Positions 20,628 to 30,078 of a DNA stretch of 64,000 bases are shown here, one piece after another (the first letter of the stretch is position 1; each line of letters starts with the position of its first letter). The stretch comes from Limisphaerales bacterium (lineage in GTDB: Bacteria; Verrucomicrobiota; Verrucomicrobiia; Limisphaerales; SIBE01): assembly GCA_044225505.1 (NCBI GenBank), contig JBGAIN010000013.1, positions 1-64,000 on the forward strand, read 5' to 3'. The notes below the pieces were generated by a model. The model saw nothing but the letters and a program-made list of their open reading frames with translations. It had not been told where the DNA came from and searched no databases. The translations under genes and the position numbers were made by a program.

Positions 20628-21641
20628 TCAATGCCGGGCCTCGGGGAGTCCGGCAAGCTTTACTTTCCCTTTTAGATTCGCAATCTGCTCGTCTACCTTT
20701 GGCGGATTCGGCGAGAAAGCACGGAGCATCTCTAAATACTGAATCGCTCGTGTCGGATGGCCCTCCGCTTCTTCGAGTCTGGCTAAGCGGCTGGTGATTT
20801 GGAGAAACAGGAATGCGTCCGGATCAGGTTTGGCAGTCTCGCTCTGTTGCCACTTGCGCAGGGCAAGTTCGTAAAGGTGGTGGGCCCTGGAGGGGTTGCT
20901 GTGATTCTCTTCATGCAAGCGGCCGAGCTCGAAAATGATCTCGAAACTGTCCGGATTCGCACGCCATCCTTCGCGGAGAAACTGTTCCGCTTCTTTGACC
21001 TTACCCATTCGCTGCCGAAGCCAGTAAGCCGCGACGGTGTAAGTCTGGACTTCGTTGGGATTCAGTTCCGCGGCCAAGCGGAGCCACGGCAGAATTTCAC
21101 GTTGCTCGTCGCGAGATTCAAGATGGGTGTGGCGAGTGGGGTAGAAGTTGCGACCGAAAGCGTCAATCCAATCCCGCGGAGGCCCAAGGTAGCCACTGAC
21201 CGCATCGTGGTCGCCGTGGTCGCCGTGGTCGCCGTGGTCGCCGTCATGATGCTCGTGCTCCGCTTCGTCGTGGTCGTGCGACTCGGGAGGATGGGCTGCG
21301 GGTGTGACGTCGGCGGCCTGGGACAGGTGCAGCTTCTTTTCGGATGTCGCCTGGTCGAAGATGCTCGGATAGACGCCGCTGTGCAGGTAAACGTCCGCTT
21401 TGTTGAAAAAATGATTGGCAAACAGCCTTTGGCTGTCTCCCATCAGGGCTTGCAGAACACTCTGGGACTGGAGGGCAGTTCGCTCGGATAGTTCGCGCCG
21501 CAGGGAGATTTGCGTGGCGAGGGTGAACGCGACCGCGAGCAGCAGCCCTAAAATCGCATTCCAGGGTTCAGCCGAAACCGTCCGCGCGGGTCGGCCTGGT
21601 GTACAGGTGGCGGGGATCTCTTTGGGCGAGGGAGCGCACAT
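20628..21641 (-). CDS. Membrane-anchored TPR protein with His/Asp-rich insert
   Basis: N-terminal TM, ADVYLHSG, His-rich tract, LAAELNP, AEQFLREGWRANP TPR-like helices. Confidence 0.75.
   Translation of the reverse strand: MCAPSPKEIPATCTPGRPARTVSAEPWNAILGLLLAVAFTLATQISLRRELSERTALQSQSVLQALMGDSQRLFANHFFNKADVYLHSGVYPSIFDQATSEKKLHLSQAADVTPAAHPPESHDHDEAEHEHHDGDHGDHGDHGDHDAVSGYLGPPRDWIDAFGRNFYPTRHTHLESRDEQREILPWLRLAAELNPNEVQTYTVAAYWLRQRMGKVKEAEQFLREGWRANPDSFEIIFELGRLHEENHSNPSRAHHLYELALRKWQQSETAKPDPDAFLFLQITSRLARLEEAEGHPTRAIQYLEMLRAFSPNPPKVDEQIANLKGKVKLAGLPEARH
21206..21241. repeat. In-frame 9-bp tandem repeat (CGTGGTCGC)x4 encoding (GDH)4
   Basis: Four exact copies read directly from the sequence. 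Confidence 0.9.
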
Positions 21642-21652
21642 AAGAGGCTCGG

Positions 21653-22429
21653 TTAGGTTAGAGCTTTACGACGAAAGGCAATCCATGCCGCGAGGAGAAA
21701 GAATGCGGTGTAGACGAGGCCGTAAAGCGTTGCCAACGCCAAAGCGTTCCAGCTGATCGCACCCCAGCCGTGGACGATAAATTCCCGCAAGTCGAAGAAC
21801 TCCAAGTGTGGGATCAGATAGTAGATGGAATAGACCAGGGAACCGGCTGGTTCAGAAAGGCTGGCCGCAACCTTGTTGAGATGTCGACCCACCACAAGGA
21901 TGGAAAGAGCCAAGACAAATGTGATCGTTGAATTCGAAGAGGGCGCGGCGAACACGATGGAGCCAAGAACGGTGAACGCGATCACGATCGCAAGCATGGT
22001 CCAGTGCAGCCAGAACGCTTGCGTGTAACTGGCCAAGGGCCAAGTATGCTCTCGCACTCCAGCGATCACTGTGAAGAATGTGTAGAAGACTGCCAGCGCC
22101 AGTCCGGTGGCGACCCAACAGCCCAGAAACTTCCCCGTGATGACGTGAAACCGGGTCACGGGTTTGGCCAGCAATGGAAAGATCGTTCGATTCTCGCGCT
22201 CGACAGGGATTTGCCTGGCGGTGGTCACGATTGCAATCACCAAAGTCGAGATCCAGATGAGCAGGAGACAGATCTCCTTAAGATAACGCACGACGCTTGT
22301 CTCGTTGAAGAAGCTGACTGAGCCGAGAAGTAATGTCAGGAGTGCGGTCAGTACAAAGAGAACGTAGAAATCCTTACGCCGGTAAAGCTCCTTTATGACA
22401 ACCGTCGCAATCGGCCAGGTCCTATTCAT
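21653..22429 (-). CDS. ABC transporter permease (PilI/XapB-like ABC-2 type)
   Basis: About 6 TM helices, ERENRTIFPLLAKPVTR...GKFLG motif; overlaps the ATPase gene. Confidence 0.88.
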   Translation of the reverse strand: MNRTWPIATVVIKELYRRKDFYVLFVLTALLTLLLGSVSFFNETSVVRYLKEICLLLIWISTLVIAIVTTARQIPVERENRTIFPLLAKPVTRFHVITGKFLGCWVATGLALAVFYTFFTVIAGVREHTWPLASYTQAFWLHWTMLAIVIAFTVLGSIVFAAPSSNSTITFVLALSILVVGRHLNKVAASLSEPAGSLVYSIYYLIPHLEFFDLREFIVHGWGAISWNALALATLYGLVYTAFFLLAAWIAFRRKALT

Positions 22430-23237
22430 AACTCACCACTTTCAAGAAGATCTGTTCGAGATTGCACTGATATTTGCCGACAAGTTCTTCCACACGGCCT
22501 TGTTCAGCCAATCGCCCTGCGTTCAGAATCGCCACTCGATCACAGACGGTTTCCACCTCCCCTAGCTCATGGGATGAGAATAACACCGTCTTGCCCGCGT
22601 CTTTCAGCCGTTGGATGATTTCCCGAACTTTCATGCGGCCGATCGGATCCAGGCCGCTGGTCGGCTCGTCTAGAATCAGCAGATCCGGATCGTTGATCAG
22701 CGCTTGGGCGAGCCCAACCCGCTGTTGCATCCCTTTGGAGTATGTTTTAATCAACCGCCCTCGGGACGATTCGAGTTCGACCAGTTTCAGGACTTCATTA
22801 ATTCTCCGGTCGATCTCCCGTTTGGGAATTCCGAAGACGCTGGCGTAAAAGCGCAGGAGTTCTTCAGCGGTGAGAAATTTGTAGTAATAGGTCAACTCGG
22901 GCAAGTATCCGATCCGCTGCCTGGCGATCGGATCCCGAGTATCTACACCAAAGATGCGCGCACTGCCCTCGGTTGGATTTACAAACCCGAGCAGGACGTT
23001 CATGGTTGTGGTCTTGCCGGCACCGTTGGGTCCAAGAAATCCAAACACCTCGCCCTGCCAAACCGTTAAGTTCAAGTGGGCGACTGCCGATTTGCGAGTG
23101 GACCGTTTATACTCGACGCACAAATCTTCGATTTCGATGATCGCAGTCTTGCTGGCAGATCGATCCTCGCACGCCGTCTGGGGCGCGGCGATGAGGCGAC
23201 GAGTGTCCGCGGGTGTAACTTCGAGTAAATTAGCCAT
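22422..23237 (-). CDS. ABC transporter ATP-binding protein (PilH/XapD-like)
   Basis: Walker A GPNGAGKTT, signature YSKGMQQR, Walker B LILDEPT, SSH; start placed at MANLL. Confidence 0.92.
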   Translation of the reverse strand: MANLLEVTPADTRRLIAAPQTACEDRSASKTAIIEIEDLCVEYKRSTRKSAVAHLNLTVWQGEVFGFLGPNGAGKTTTMNVLLGFVNPTEGSARIFGVDTRDPIARQRIGYLPELTYYYKFLTAEELLRFYASVFGIPKREIDRRINEVLKLVELESSRGRLIKTYSKGMQQRVGLAQALINDPDLLILDEPTSGLDPIGRMKVREIIQRLKDAGKTVLFSSHELGEVETVCDRVAILNAGRLAEQGRVEELVGKYQCNLEQIFLKVVSYE

Positions 23238-23273
23238 ACCGTATAAGGCTTGCGCCTTCCGCGGAGACAGGGA

Positions 23274-23290
23274 TGCAAGTCTCTTGCCAG
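23274..23290 (-). promoter_or_regulatory. Sigma-54 promoter candidate for the ABC/TPR operon
   Basis: Minus strand CTGGCAAGAGACTTGCA closely matches TGGCA-N6-TTGC, ~36 nt upstream of the ATG at 23237. Confidence 0.65.
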
Positions 23291-23607
23291 GCATGCTCAC
23301 GCGGCACCGGACGCCTTTACGACGGGGAAGCGTCGCGAGGCCGGTCACCTTTGTGCCAAATCAGGACATAAATGGAGACGACTGGCTCGGGTTAGTCTCA
23401 GGGATGCGACGCCCAGCCGGTCGCTCACTGTAAACATTGCCATGGGCAAACGAACGAGCCCGGCACAAAACGGCAATGTCCGATCTCCATGGTGAGCGCA
23501 GCGCGATAACGGAAAGATTCGAGTGCTCCGAAGTGCGGGAACCCGTCAAAGGCGCAAGTTTTGACCGACGTCTGGAGCGCGAGCGTTACGCGCCGGAGGG
23601 CTGGTAT

Positions 23608-23640
23608 AAAAGGCAAAGGCTTAGGAGATCTTCCTAAGCC
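23608..23640 (-). terminator. Rho-independent terminator after pilin 1
   Basis: Perfect 9-bp stem GGCTTAGGA/TCCTAAGCC followed on the minus strand by TTTGCCTTTT. Confidence 0.7.
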
Positions 23641-23674
23641 GATGCGCGAAAAACTGCAGTAAACTGATGGCCGA

Positions 23675-24028
23675 TTAGTAGGTGTGGCCTAAGCTGGCGC
23701 CGAGGCTGCAGGTCGGAGCCGTGGCGACGGTGCTGATGGAGTAGCTGCCACCGCCGGGTTCGAGCGGCATGATGCCACCCTTCATGTAAGGAGTAATGTC
23801 GGTGGTCGCAACGGTGTCTGCACCCTTCTTCTGATTTTCAAGAGCCCACTGCTGGATCGCGCCGTCGATCTGGCGCAGGTTGTTGATGCAAGCATTCTTC
23901 TGCGACGTGGTACGGGCGCGGACGAAGTTAGGAATCGCGATCGCCGCCAAGAGGCCGATGATGGCCACGACGATCATGATTTCTACCAGGGTGAAGCCGT
24001 GCTTGCGGTTGTTACGTTTAATTTGCAT
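23675..24028 (-). CDS. Type IV pilin-like protein (short major pilin candidate), copy 1
   Basis: Basic leader MQIKRNNRKHG|FTLVEIMIVVAIIGLLAAIAIPNF, ~106-aa mature chain, two Cys. Confidence 0.9.
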   Translation of the reverse strand: MQIKRNNRKHGFTLVEIMIVVAIIGLLAAIAIPNFVRARTTSQKNACINNLRQIDGAIQQWALENQKKGADTVATTDITPYMKGGIMPLEPGGGSYSISTVATAPTCSLGASLGHTY

Positions 24029-24147
24029 TACTTTTTTTGCCTTTCTGCTGGTTGTTCGCGCGGTGTGGACCAAGCAAACGGCGTTTTATGTATAACTGCG
24101 CTATGGTGTCCACGGATAGCCGTTCACCGACCGCATCTGCCTAAAAT

Positions 24148-24164
24148 AGCAGCTCAGATGCCGC
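24148..24164 (-). promoter_or_regulatory. Weak sigma-54 promoter candidate for pilin 1
   Basis: Minus strand CGGCATCTGAGCTGCT, GG-N10-GC spacing. Confidence 0.35.
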
Positions 24165-24354
24165 CGTTGGAAATGGCCAGGCCAAAGCGGCAATTCTCCC
24201 AGATCTGAGAAACAGGCCGAAAATCCTGTTCCAGCGCGAGACAACGACTGTCGAGAGAATGAGACAATGAGACGATTGTGCCCGACTTGGTTTGCGAGAG
24301 GCTGGAGCTGGGCTCTGTTGCCGGAGGGCGGTGTCTGTGGCACGTAGGACATAT

Positions 24355-24386
24355 AAAACAAAAAGAGCTTAGAAGCCCTAAGCTCT
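24355..24386 (-). terminator. Rho-independent terminator after pilin 2
   Basis: Perfect 9-bp stem AGAGCTTAG/CTAAGCTCT followed by a T-tract on the minus strand. Confidence 0.75.
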
Positions 24387-24410
24387 AACAAAAATCGAAT
24401 GGTCTATCCC

Positions 24411-24767
24411 CTAGAAGGTGTGGCCCAACGACGCAGCCAGGCTGCAAGTCGGTGCCGTCTGGACATCGCTGACACTATAACTACCGCCGCTCGGCTCTGT
24501 TGGCATCACTCCCCCTTTAATATAGGGCGTAATGTCAGTCGTGGTCACGCTGTCGTTGCTCTTCTTCTGATTCTCGAGCGCCCACTGCTGGATGGCACCA
24601 TCAATCTGGCGAAGGTAACTGATGCACGAGTTTTTCTGAGACATGGTTCGTGCGCGAACGAAATTGGGGATGGCCATGGCGGCGAGCAAGCCGATGATGG
24701 CGACGACGATCATGATTTCAACAAGGGTGAAGCCCCGGTTGTTACGTCGATGGCGTTGCGTGGTCAT
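24411..24767 (-). CDS. Type IV pilin-like protein, copy 2
   Basis: RRNNRG|FTLVEIMIVVAIIGLLAAMAIPNF; colinear with copy 1. Confidence 0.9.
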   Translation of the reverse strand: MTTQRHRRNNRGFTLVEIMIVVAIIGLLAAMAIPNFVRARTMSQKNSCISYLRQIDGAIQQWALENQKKSNDSVTTTDITPYIKGGVMPTEPSGGSYSVSDVQTAPTCSLAASLGHTF

Positions 24768-24863
24768 GTCCAAGTTGCGTTTAGTATCCGAGTTCCGGCA
24801 GCAGTTAAATTGTTTTCAGGGCGAACCCTTTCAGGCAAACGTTGCGACCGTCTGGGATCTTAG

Positions 24864-24880
24864 AGCACCGGCAATGCCAA
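24864..24880 (-). promoter_or_regulatory. Sigma-54 promoter candidate for pilin 2
   Basis: Minus strand TTGGCATTGCCGGTGCT, GG-N10-GC spacing. Confidence 0.45.
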
Positions 24881-25101
24881 GCGCCGCTTCGGCAAGCTCC
24901 CCGCATCATACCTGACCTAAGAAATGAGAATGCTATCAATCGTTGTCTAATACGCAGACAGGACCTTTCAACTTCCGATACGGTCAGTGGCTCGGTCTCT
25001 CGACGAATACGTAGTTTTCCACTCTGTTTCGATCGATGCGGGAGAGGAGCAGGACGCGCATGCGCTCGCTTTGTCTCCCGCTTGAGAAGTCTGCCGTTCG
25101 C

Positions 25102-25890
25102 TCAGTACCCGCCCGTTCCAAGCGTCGAGGCCGACGGAGGAGCGGTCTGCACGCCCGTCGCCAAGCGCCGTCGGAACTCATCTAACATCCCGGCGGTCGC
25201 GGTCGCACCACACCGGGACGCTCCCAAGTTGCGCACGGCGATCAAACCATCAAGATCCCGCACGCCGCCCGCGGCTTTGACCTGAACTCGCTCCGAGCAG
25301 GCGGCGCGCATCAATTTTAAATCGTGCGCGGTCGCGCCTTGGTAGGAATACTTGCCGTCCGGCCCTTTAACGAACCCATAGCCAGACGAGGTCTTCACCC
25401 AATCGGCTCCTGCACGTTCGGAGATCTGGCAAAGCTTGATTTTGAACTCGTCTGAGCTCAATCCCGCGCCGCCGTTTCCGAGATAGTCCATCTCGAAAAT
25501 AACCTTCACTTTGGCGCCCGCACGGTGCGCTTCGTCACAGACAGCGCGGATGTCCTGCGTGACATAATCCCAGTCTCCGCTCAGGGCCTTGCCAATGTTG
25601 ATGACCATATCGATCTCGACGGCGCCATCGCGGCAGGCGGTGGCCGTCTCAAACACTTTCACTTCCGTCGTGCTGTTGCCATGCGGAAAGCCGATGACCG
25701 CGCCGACTTTCACTTGGCTCCCGCGCAGAAGTGCGACGGCCCGTTTCACGAAGTAGGGTTTGATGCAGACGGAGGCGACATCGTATTTCGCGGCGAGCTG
25801 GCAGCCTTCCTCCAGTTCGCGATCCGTCATCGTCGGGTGGAGCAGAGAATGGTCGATCGTTTTAGCTAAGTCCGAATAGGTGTAGTTCAT
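25102..25890 (-). CDS. deoC: Deoxyribose-phosphate aldolase
   Basis: IDHSLL, VIGFPHG, EIDMVIN, KVIFE, Schiff-base VKTSSG, VKAAGGVR. Confidence 0.9.
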   Translation of the reverse strand: MNYTYSDLAKTIDHSLLHPTMTDRELEEGCQLAAKYDVASVCIKPYFVKRAVALLRGSQVKVGAVIGFPHGNSTTEVKVFETATACRDGAVEIDMVINIGKALSGDWDYVTQDIRAVCDEAHRAGAKVKVIFEMDYLGNGGAGLSSDEFKIKLCQISERAGADWVKTSSGYGFVKGPDGKYSYQGATAHDLKLMRAACSERVQVKAAGGVRDLDGLIAVRNLGASRCGATATAGMLDEFRRRLATGVQTAPPSASTLGTGGY

Positions 25891-26090
25891 AAAGCGAGAT
25901 GAGGGGAGTGTTACAAAGAGAATAGCATCGGCGCGGTCGGTTTTTCCGTGGGCCATCCTCGTTCTGAGGTCGGCGGTGAGTCGTAGTCTGATGGCTCTCC
26001 CGGCCAGGGGTAGCGCGAATCCAGGCGTGTGCGCGAGCGAGTGGCGGGTGTTGGCGAAGGACCGGGGTTCATGGGGAACGGGCCATGGGG

Positions 26091-27059
26091 CTATCCCGCT
26101 TTAACGCCTCCGCGAACCGCGAGCGCGATGCTGCCTAGCAATCCTGCTTTGTCTCCTAGCAAGGAACGTTCAATGCGTAGCGCGGTGGTAGGGAGCATGT
26201 GCACGCGTTGGCGGACCGTTTCACGCACAGGATTTAAAAGGAGATCGCCCATCTCGGAAACGCCTCCACCCACGACGATCAAGTCCGGACAGAGCGTTAC
26301 CACGACGTTGGCAATGGCGATACCCAACGCTTCGGCCGCCCGTTCGATGGCCACCTGCACACTGCGTTCCCCAGCGCGGGCCGCGGCTTCCATCGTGATA
26401 GGAGAGACCTGGGCAACGTTACCTTGGCAGAGCTCATGTAGTTTTGGGGCGTTTCCCGAGAGGAACAGGCGTGTGCCTTCGGCCGTCAGCGCCGGGCCGC
26501 TCACCAGCGTCTCCAGGCAGCCGCGATTGCCGCAACCGCACAGCGGTCCGTCCGGCAGGATAGTTTGGTGTCCCAGCTCTCCCGCAGCCCCGTGGGGACC
26601 TAGATGCAGCTCGCCACCGATGACCACTCCGCCGCCCACTCCAGTCCCCAGCCCGAAGAACGCCATGGTCCGCACGTCGCGGCCGCGACCAAAAGCCAAC
26701 TCGCCCAGCGTGGCGGCGCGCGCATCATTGAGCAGGTAGACCGGGCAATGCAACTTCGGCTGCAAGACGTCGCGCACCGGGACCTGCCGCCATTGGGTCG
26801 GCAAGTTCGGGAGAAACTCGGTCGCGCCGCGGGCCACGTCCACGAGACCGGGCACGCCAATGCCCAGCGCGCGCGGGCGTGCCTGGGTCTGCTGGCTAAG
26901 TTCCTCCAGCAGTTGCGCAATCCGGGCCAGGACGGCGTCTGGGCCTTCGTAAGACTTTGTGGGCTGCTTGAGCTCGGCGACGATGGTGCCGTCCGCGCGG
27001 GCGAAGGCGGCGCTCAAGTTTGTCCCACCCAGGTCGACGCCAGCATAGAGGGGGTCCAT
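26091..27059 (-). CDS. ROK family sugar kinase
   Basis: GVDLGGT, NDA, GTGVGGG, GELGH, CGCGNRGCLE; no N-terminal HTH. Confidence 0.9.
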   Translation of the reverse strand: MDPLYAGVDLGGTNLSAAFARADGTIVAELKQPTKSYEGPDAVLARIAQLLEELSQQTQARPRALGIGVPGLVDVARGATEFLPNLPTQWRQVPVRDVLQPKLHCPVYLLNDARAATLGELAFGRGRDVRTMAFFGLGTGVGGGVVIGGELHLGPHGAAGELGHQTILPDGPLCGCGNRGCLETLVSGPALTAEGTRLFLSGNAPKLHELCQGNVAQVSPITMEAAARAGERSVQVAIERAAEALGIAIANVVVTLCPDLIVVGGGVSEMGDLLLNPVRETVRQRVHMLPTTALRIERSLLGDKAGLLGSIALAVRGGVKAG

Positions 27060-27973
27060 CAGTGGCAGAACGGTTCGAGGACATTGCGCGCGACGCGGAT
27101 CGCTTGTTGCCGGCCTTCCAGGGTCTTACCGAAGGTGCCGTCTTCGACTTCGATGCATACCGGGCCGCGATACGTCGTTTCCATGAGAGCTCCCATGAAC
27201 GCACCCCAGTCCATCTCGCCATACCCTGGGATCCGGGGCTGATGCCATTCGGACGGATACGCGAAGATGCCAACCTCGTTCAAACGATCCCGGCTGATCT
27301 TGACGTCCTTGGCGTGGAAATGGAAGAGCTTGCTTTGAAACTCACGGAGGCAGCTGGCCGGATCCATCTGCTGCAGGACAAAATGCGACGGATCATAGTT
27401 CAGACCGAAGTGATCCGATGGAATGTCGCTAAACATACGCCGCCAGATGACCGGCGATGTTGCCAGGTTCTTTCCGCCTGGCCATTCGTCCCGGCTGAAC
27501 GACATCGGGCAGTTCTCAATCCCAACCTTGACGCCATGGTCCTCGGCAAACGCGATCAGCGGCTTCCAGGTCTTCAGGAACCTCGGCCAATTCTCGTCGA
27601 CCGTCTTCGTCCAATCCCGGCCCACGAAGGTGTTCACGTTTTCCAGGCCTAGCTTCTCCGCCGCGAGCATCACCTTTTTTAGGTGATCGACAGCCTTGCG
27701 CGACACTTCAGGATCTGGATCGAGCGGGTTCGGATAATATCCCAGGCCGCTCAACGCGACGTTGTACTTGGCACAGAGCGCGTGAATTGCTTCCGCCTCC
27801 GACTTTCCCAGGCCGACGACGTCGATATGCGTGATTCCGGCAAACTTACGTTCCGCCTTGCCGACCGGCCAGCACATGATTTCGACGCACTTAAACCGCT
27901 CTTTTTCGGCAAAGGCCAAGACCTGGTCGAGCGGGAGTTCGGGTAGAATTGCGGAAACAAATCCTAGTTTCAT
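27059..27973 (-). CDS. Sugar phosphate isomerase/epimerase (xylose isomerase-like TIM barrel)
   Basis: GIENC, NYDPSH, HFHAKD, IPGYG, IEVED metal ligands. Confidence 0.88.
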   Translation of the reverse strand: MKLGFVSAILPELPLDQVLAFAEKERFKCVEIMCWPVGKAERKFAGITHIDVVGLGKSEAEAIHALCAKYNVALSGLGYYPNPLDPDPEVSRKAVDHLKKVMLAAEKLGLENVNTFVGRDWTKTVDENWPRFLKTWKPLIAFAEDHGVKVGIENCPMSFSRDEWPGGKNLATSPVIWRRMFSDIPSDHFGLNYDPSHFVLQQMDPASCLREFQSKLFHFHAKDVKISRDRLNEVGIFAYPSEWHQPRIPGYGEMDWGAFMGALMETTYRGPVCIEVEDGTFGKTLEGRQQAIRVARNVLEPFCH

Positions 27974-28026
27974 AAGTCATTCACGGTCACCGAATGTTGT
28001 GTGGTGAGGATCAGAACGATGGATGC

Positions 28027-29190
28027 TCAGACCTTGACCCAGGTTTTGGCTTTGTGACTTTTCAAGATCGCCTCGCAAACCGCGACTTCCTGGTGTCCGT
28101 CTTCGACGCCCGCAAAAAGTCGTTCGCCCTCGCCGCCATTGGCGATCACGCTGTAGATATTCCGAAAGAGCATCTTGAAAGTGTCCGGGAAGCCTTCCAC
28201 ATGTCCAGGCGGATAATCGATATAGCCGGACGCGCCGTCGCCGAACGCGGGCGTTCCGCGCGTGGTGCTTTCGTTGGCTGAATCGCGGCTGCCAAAGCGG
28301 AGCAACTCGGGCTCTTCCGAGCACCACCACGCCGATTTGCGGGACCCATAAATCTCGATCCGAATTCGATTCTTTCGGCCGGCCGCCACTTGGGAAACGC
28401 TGACATTGCCTTTCACGCCATTATTGAATTGCAACAGCACGTTCGCAAAATCCTCCGTTTGCACTTTGTAGGAAGCGTAACGGAGCGTTCCGTTCGATTT
28501 GGCAAAGGTCTGCACCTCGGCCAGGGGACGTTTGCGAGTCTTATGAAAGGTGTTCAAGTCCGCAAAAACAGACGTGATCTTAGCGCCGAGGATAAACGAA
28601 ACTGTATCCATCCAGTGCGTTCCGATGTCGGCCACGGCGCGCAGTTTTCCGCCTTCGTCCGGCAGCAAGCGCCAATTGTAATCGGTCTCTTTGAACAGCC
28701 AATCCTGCATGTAGGAGCCGTTGACATGGATGATCTCACCCAACTCACCTTTTGCCGCGAGCGCGCGCAACTGCAATACCGCGGGATAGAAACGAATGTT
28801 GTAATTCACTCCAAAGACCGTCCTCGATGCTTTGGCTAATTTTAGGATTTTCACCGTTTCGTGCGTGTCCATGGCGAGCGGCTTCTCGCAAACACAGTGC
28901 TTCCCCGCCCGCAGAGCGGCCATAGCCATCTCACAATGATAGCGATTCGGGGTGGTAATGTGCACGACGTCGACCTCGGGAGAGCGAAGCAGGTCTCGGT
29001 AATCCGCAAAGGCTTGCGGAATGTTCAATCGTTCGGCGGCGACCTCCACCCGCGCGGGCAGGTCGCTCAACGCCGTCACTTGCACCCCTAACCGGCGCAA
29101 TGCTTCAATATGCACAGGACCAATGAAGCCCGTCCCGACGACCCCGGCGCGTAGCTGCGTCATTCGGACAGGATTCGAGGAAGTTGACAT
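28027..29190 (-). CDS. Gfo/Idh/MocA family oxidoreductase
   Basis: GTGFIG, TPNRYH, GKHCVCEKP, DIGTHWMD. Confidence 0.92.
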   Translation of the reverse strand: MSTSSNPVRMTQLRAGVVGTGFIGPVHIEALRRLGVQVTALSDLPARVEVAAERLNIPQAFADYRDLLRSPEVDVVHITTPNRYHCEMAMAALRAGKHCVCEKPLAMDTHETVKILKLAKASRTVFGVNYNIRFYPAVLQLRALAAKGELGEIIHVNGSYMQDWLFKETDYNWRLLPDEGGKLRAVADIGTHWMDTVSFILGAKITSVFADLNTFHKTRKRPLAEVQTFAKSNGTLRYASYKVQTEDFANVLLQFNNGVKGNVSVSQVAAGRKNRIRIEIYGSRKSAWWCSEEPELLRFGSRDSANESTTRGTPAFGDGASGYIDYPPGHVEGFPDTFKMLFRNIYSVIANGGEGERLFAGVEDGHQEVAVCEAILKSHKAKTWVKV

Positions 29191-29508
29191 AAAGAATGGT
29201 TACAAGTCGGCCAAGAAGACCGTCAAGTGCATTCTCGGGAGTTGCGCGAGGTGGGGCGGTTTGAAAGTGGGTGGGATGGTCGACCGCCGCTGTCGCCGTC
29301 AGACTTCGCCGCCAACGCTCCCCCATCAAGTGGGTTGAGTCCTCAAGACGAACGGCTGGGTCGAAAGCGTGCTAAGCGCTATCGCCGCTGCGTCGCCCGT
29401 TCCCAGGGAGCACGCGGACCGGCAGCGGGCCTGAGTGTGTCCACTTTAGCGCGGCACGGCGCGGACGCCAAAGTTGGCCCGGAATTGCACAGCCGCCCAC
29501 CCGCAGTC

Positions 29509-30078
29509 CTATCGATCTCGCAGAATCTCGACACGATGGCCGGTTCTCCCTGGCCAGTTGGCCGCGATGGCTTCCACTGTCAACCCTGTCGGATTTGGCA
29601 ACGAAATCTTGGTTTGATACAGCCAAGCCCCAGGCTCCAGTTCGTCTTTTGTGGCCGGGCCGCTTTCCCACACGCTGCCACCTGCTTCCCTCACGGTCAC
29701 CTCTACACTCTTCACTTCGAAGAAATCGGTGGCGCGCACTCGAATGACCTGGCCAGCGGCACCGGTATATTGCGCGAGGTCGATTTCGTCGACGGCGGGC
29801 GGTCGTGAGAAGTTGCAATTGAAGAGCGCGTAGGGTGGCTTGCGGAGTTTTTTTCCAAATGCGGCGTAGGCCGCTTTGACCTCGGGAGGGAAGGATCTCC
29901 AGAGGGCGCCCGCGCGCTTGAACCGGTCCGTTTCCGCTGTCTGTTTGTCGGTGAGCTGTCGGTCGGAGAAGTCTGGAGCCGAACTGACCACATGTTGGCC
30001 CCAAAGTTGGCGGTGGACCATCTGACCAAGTTGCCCAGTGAAGCTTTGGACTGCCGGATTGAGTTTCATCTTCGCCAT
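29509..30078 (-). CDS. Hypothetical protein (basic N-terminal domain plus Ig-like C-terminal domain)
   Basis: ATG-started 189-aa ORF with natural composition (FTGQLGQMVHRQ...Q...RF; IRVRATD..EV..VEVTV). Confidence 0.7.
   Translation of the reverse strand: MAKMKLNPAVQSFTGQLGQMVHRQLWGQHVVSSAPDFSDRQLTDKQTAETDRFKRAGALWRSFPPEVKAAYAAFGKKLRKPPYALFNCNFSRPPAVDEIDLAQYTGAAGQVIRVRATDFFEVKSVEVTVREAGGSVWESGPATKDELEPGAWLYQTKISLPNPTGLTVEAIAANWPGRTGHRVEILRDR

Noticed and set aside
23675..24767. Geobacter-type conductive e-pilin
   Set aside because: The mature pilins are ~106 aa with few aromatic residues, unlike truncated aromatic-rich e-pilins
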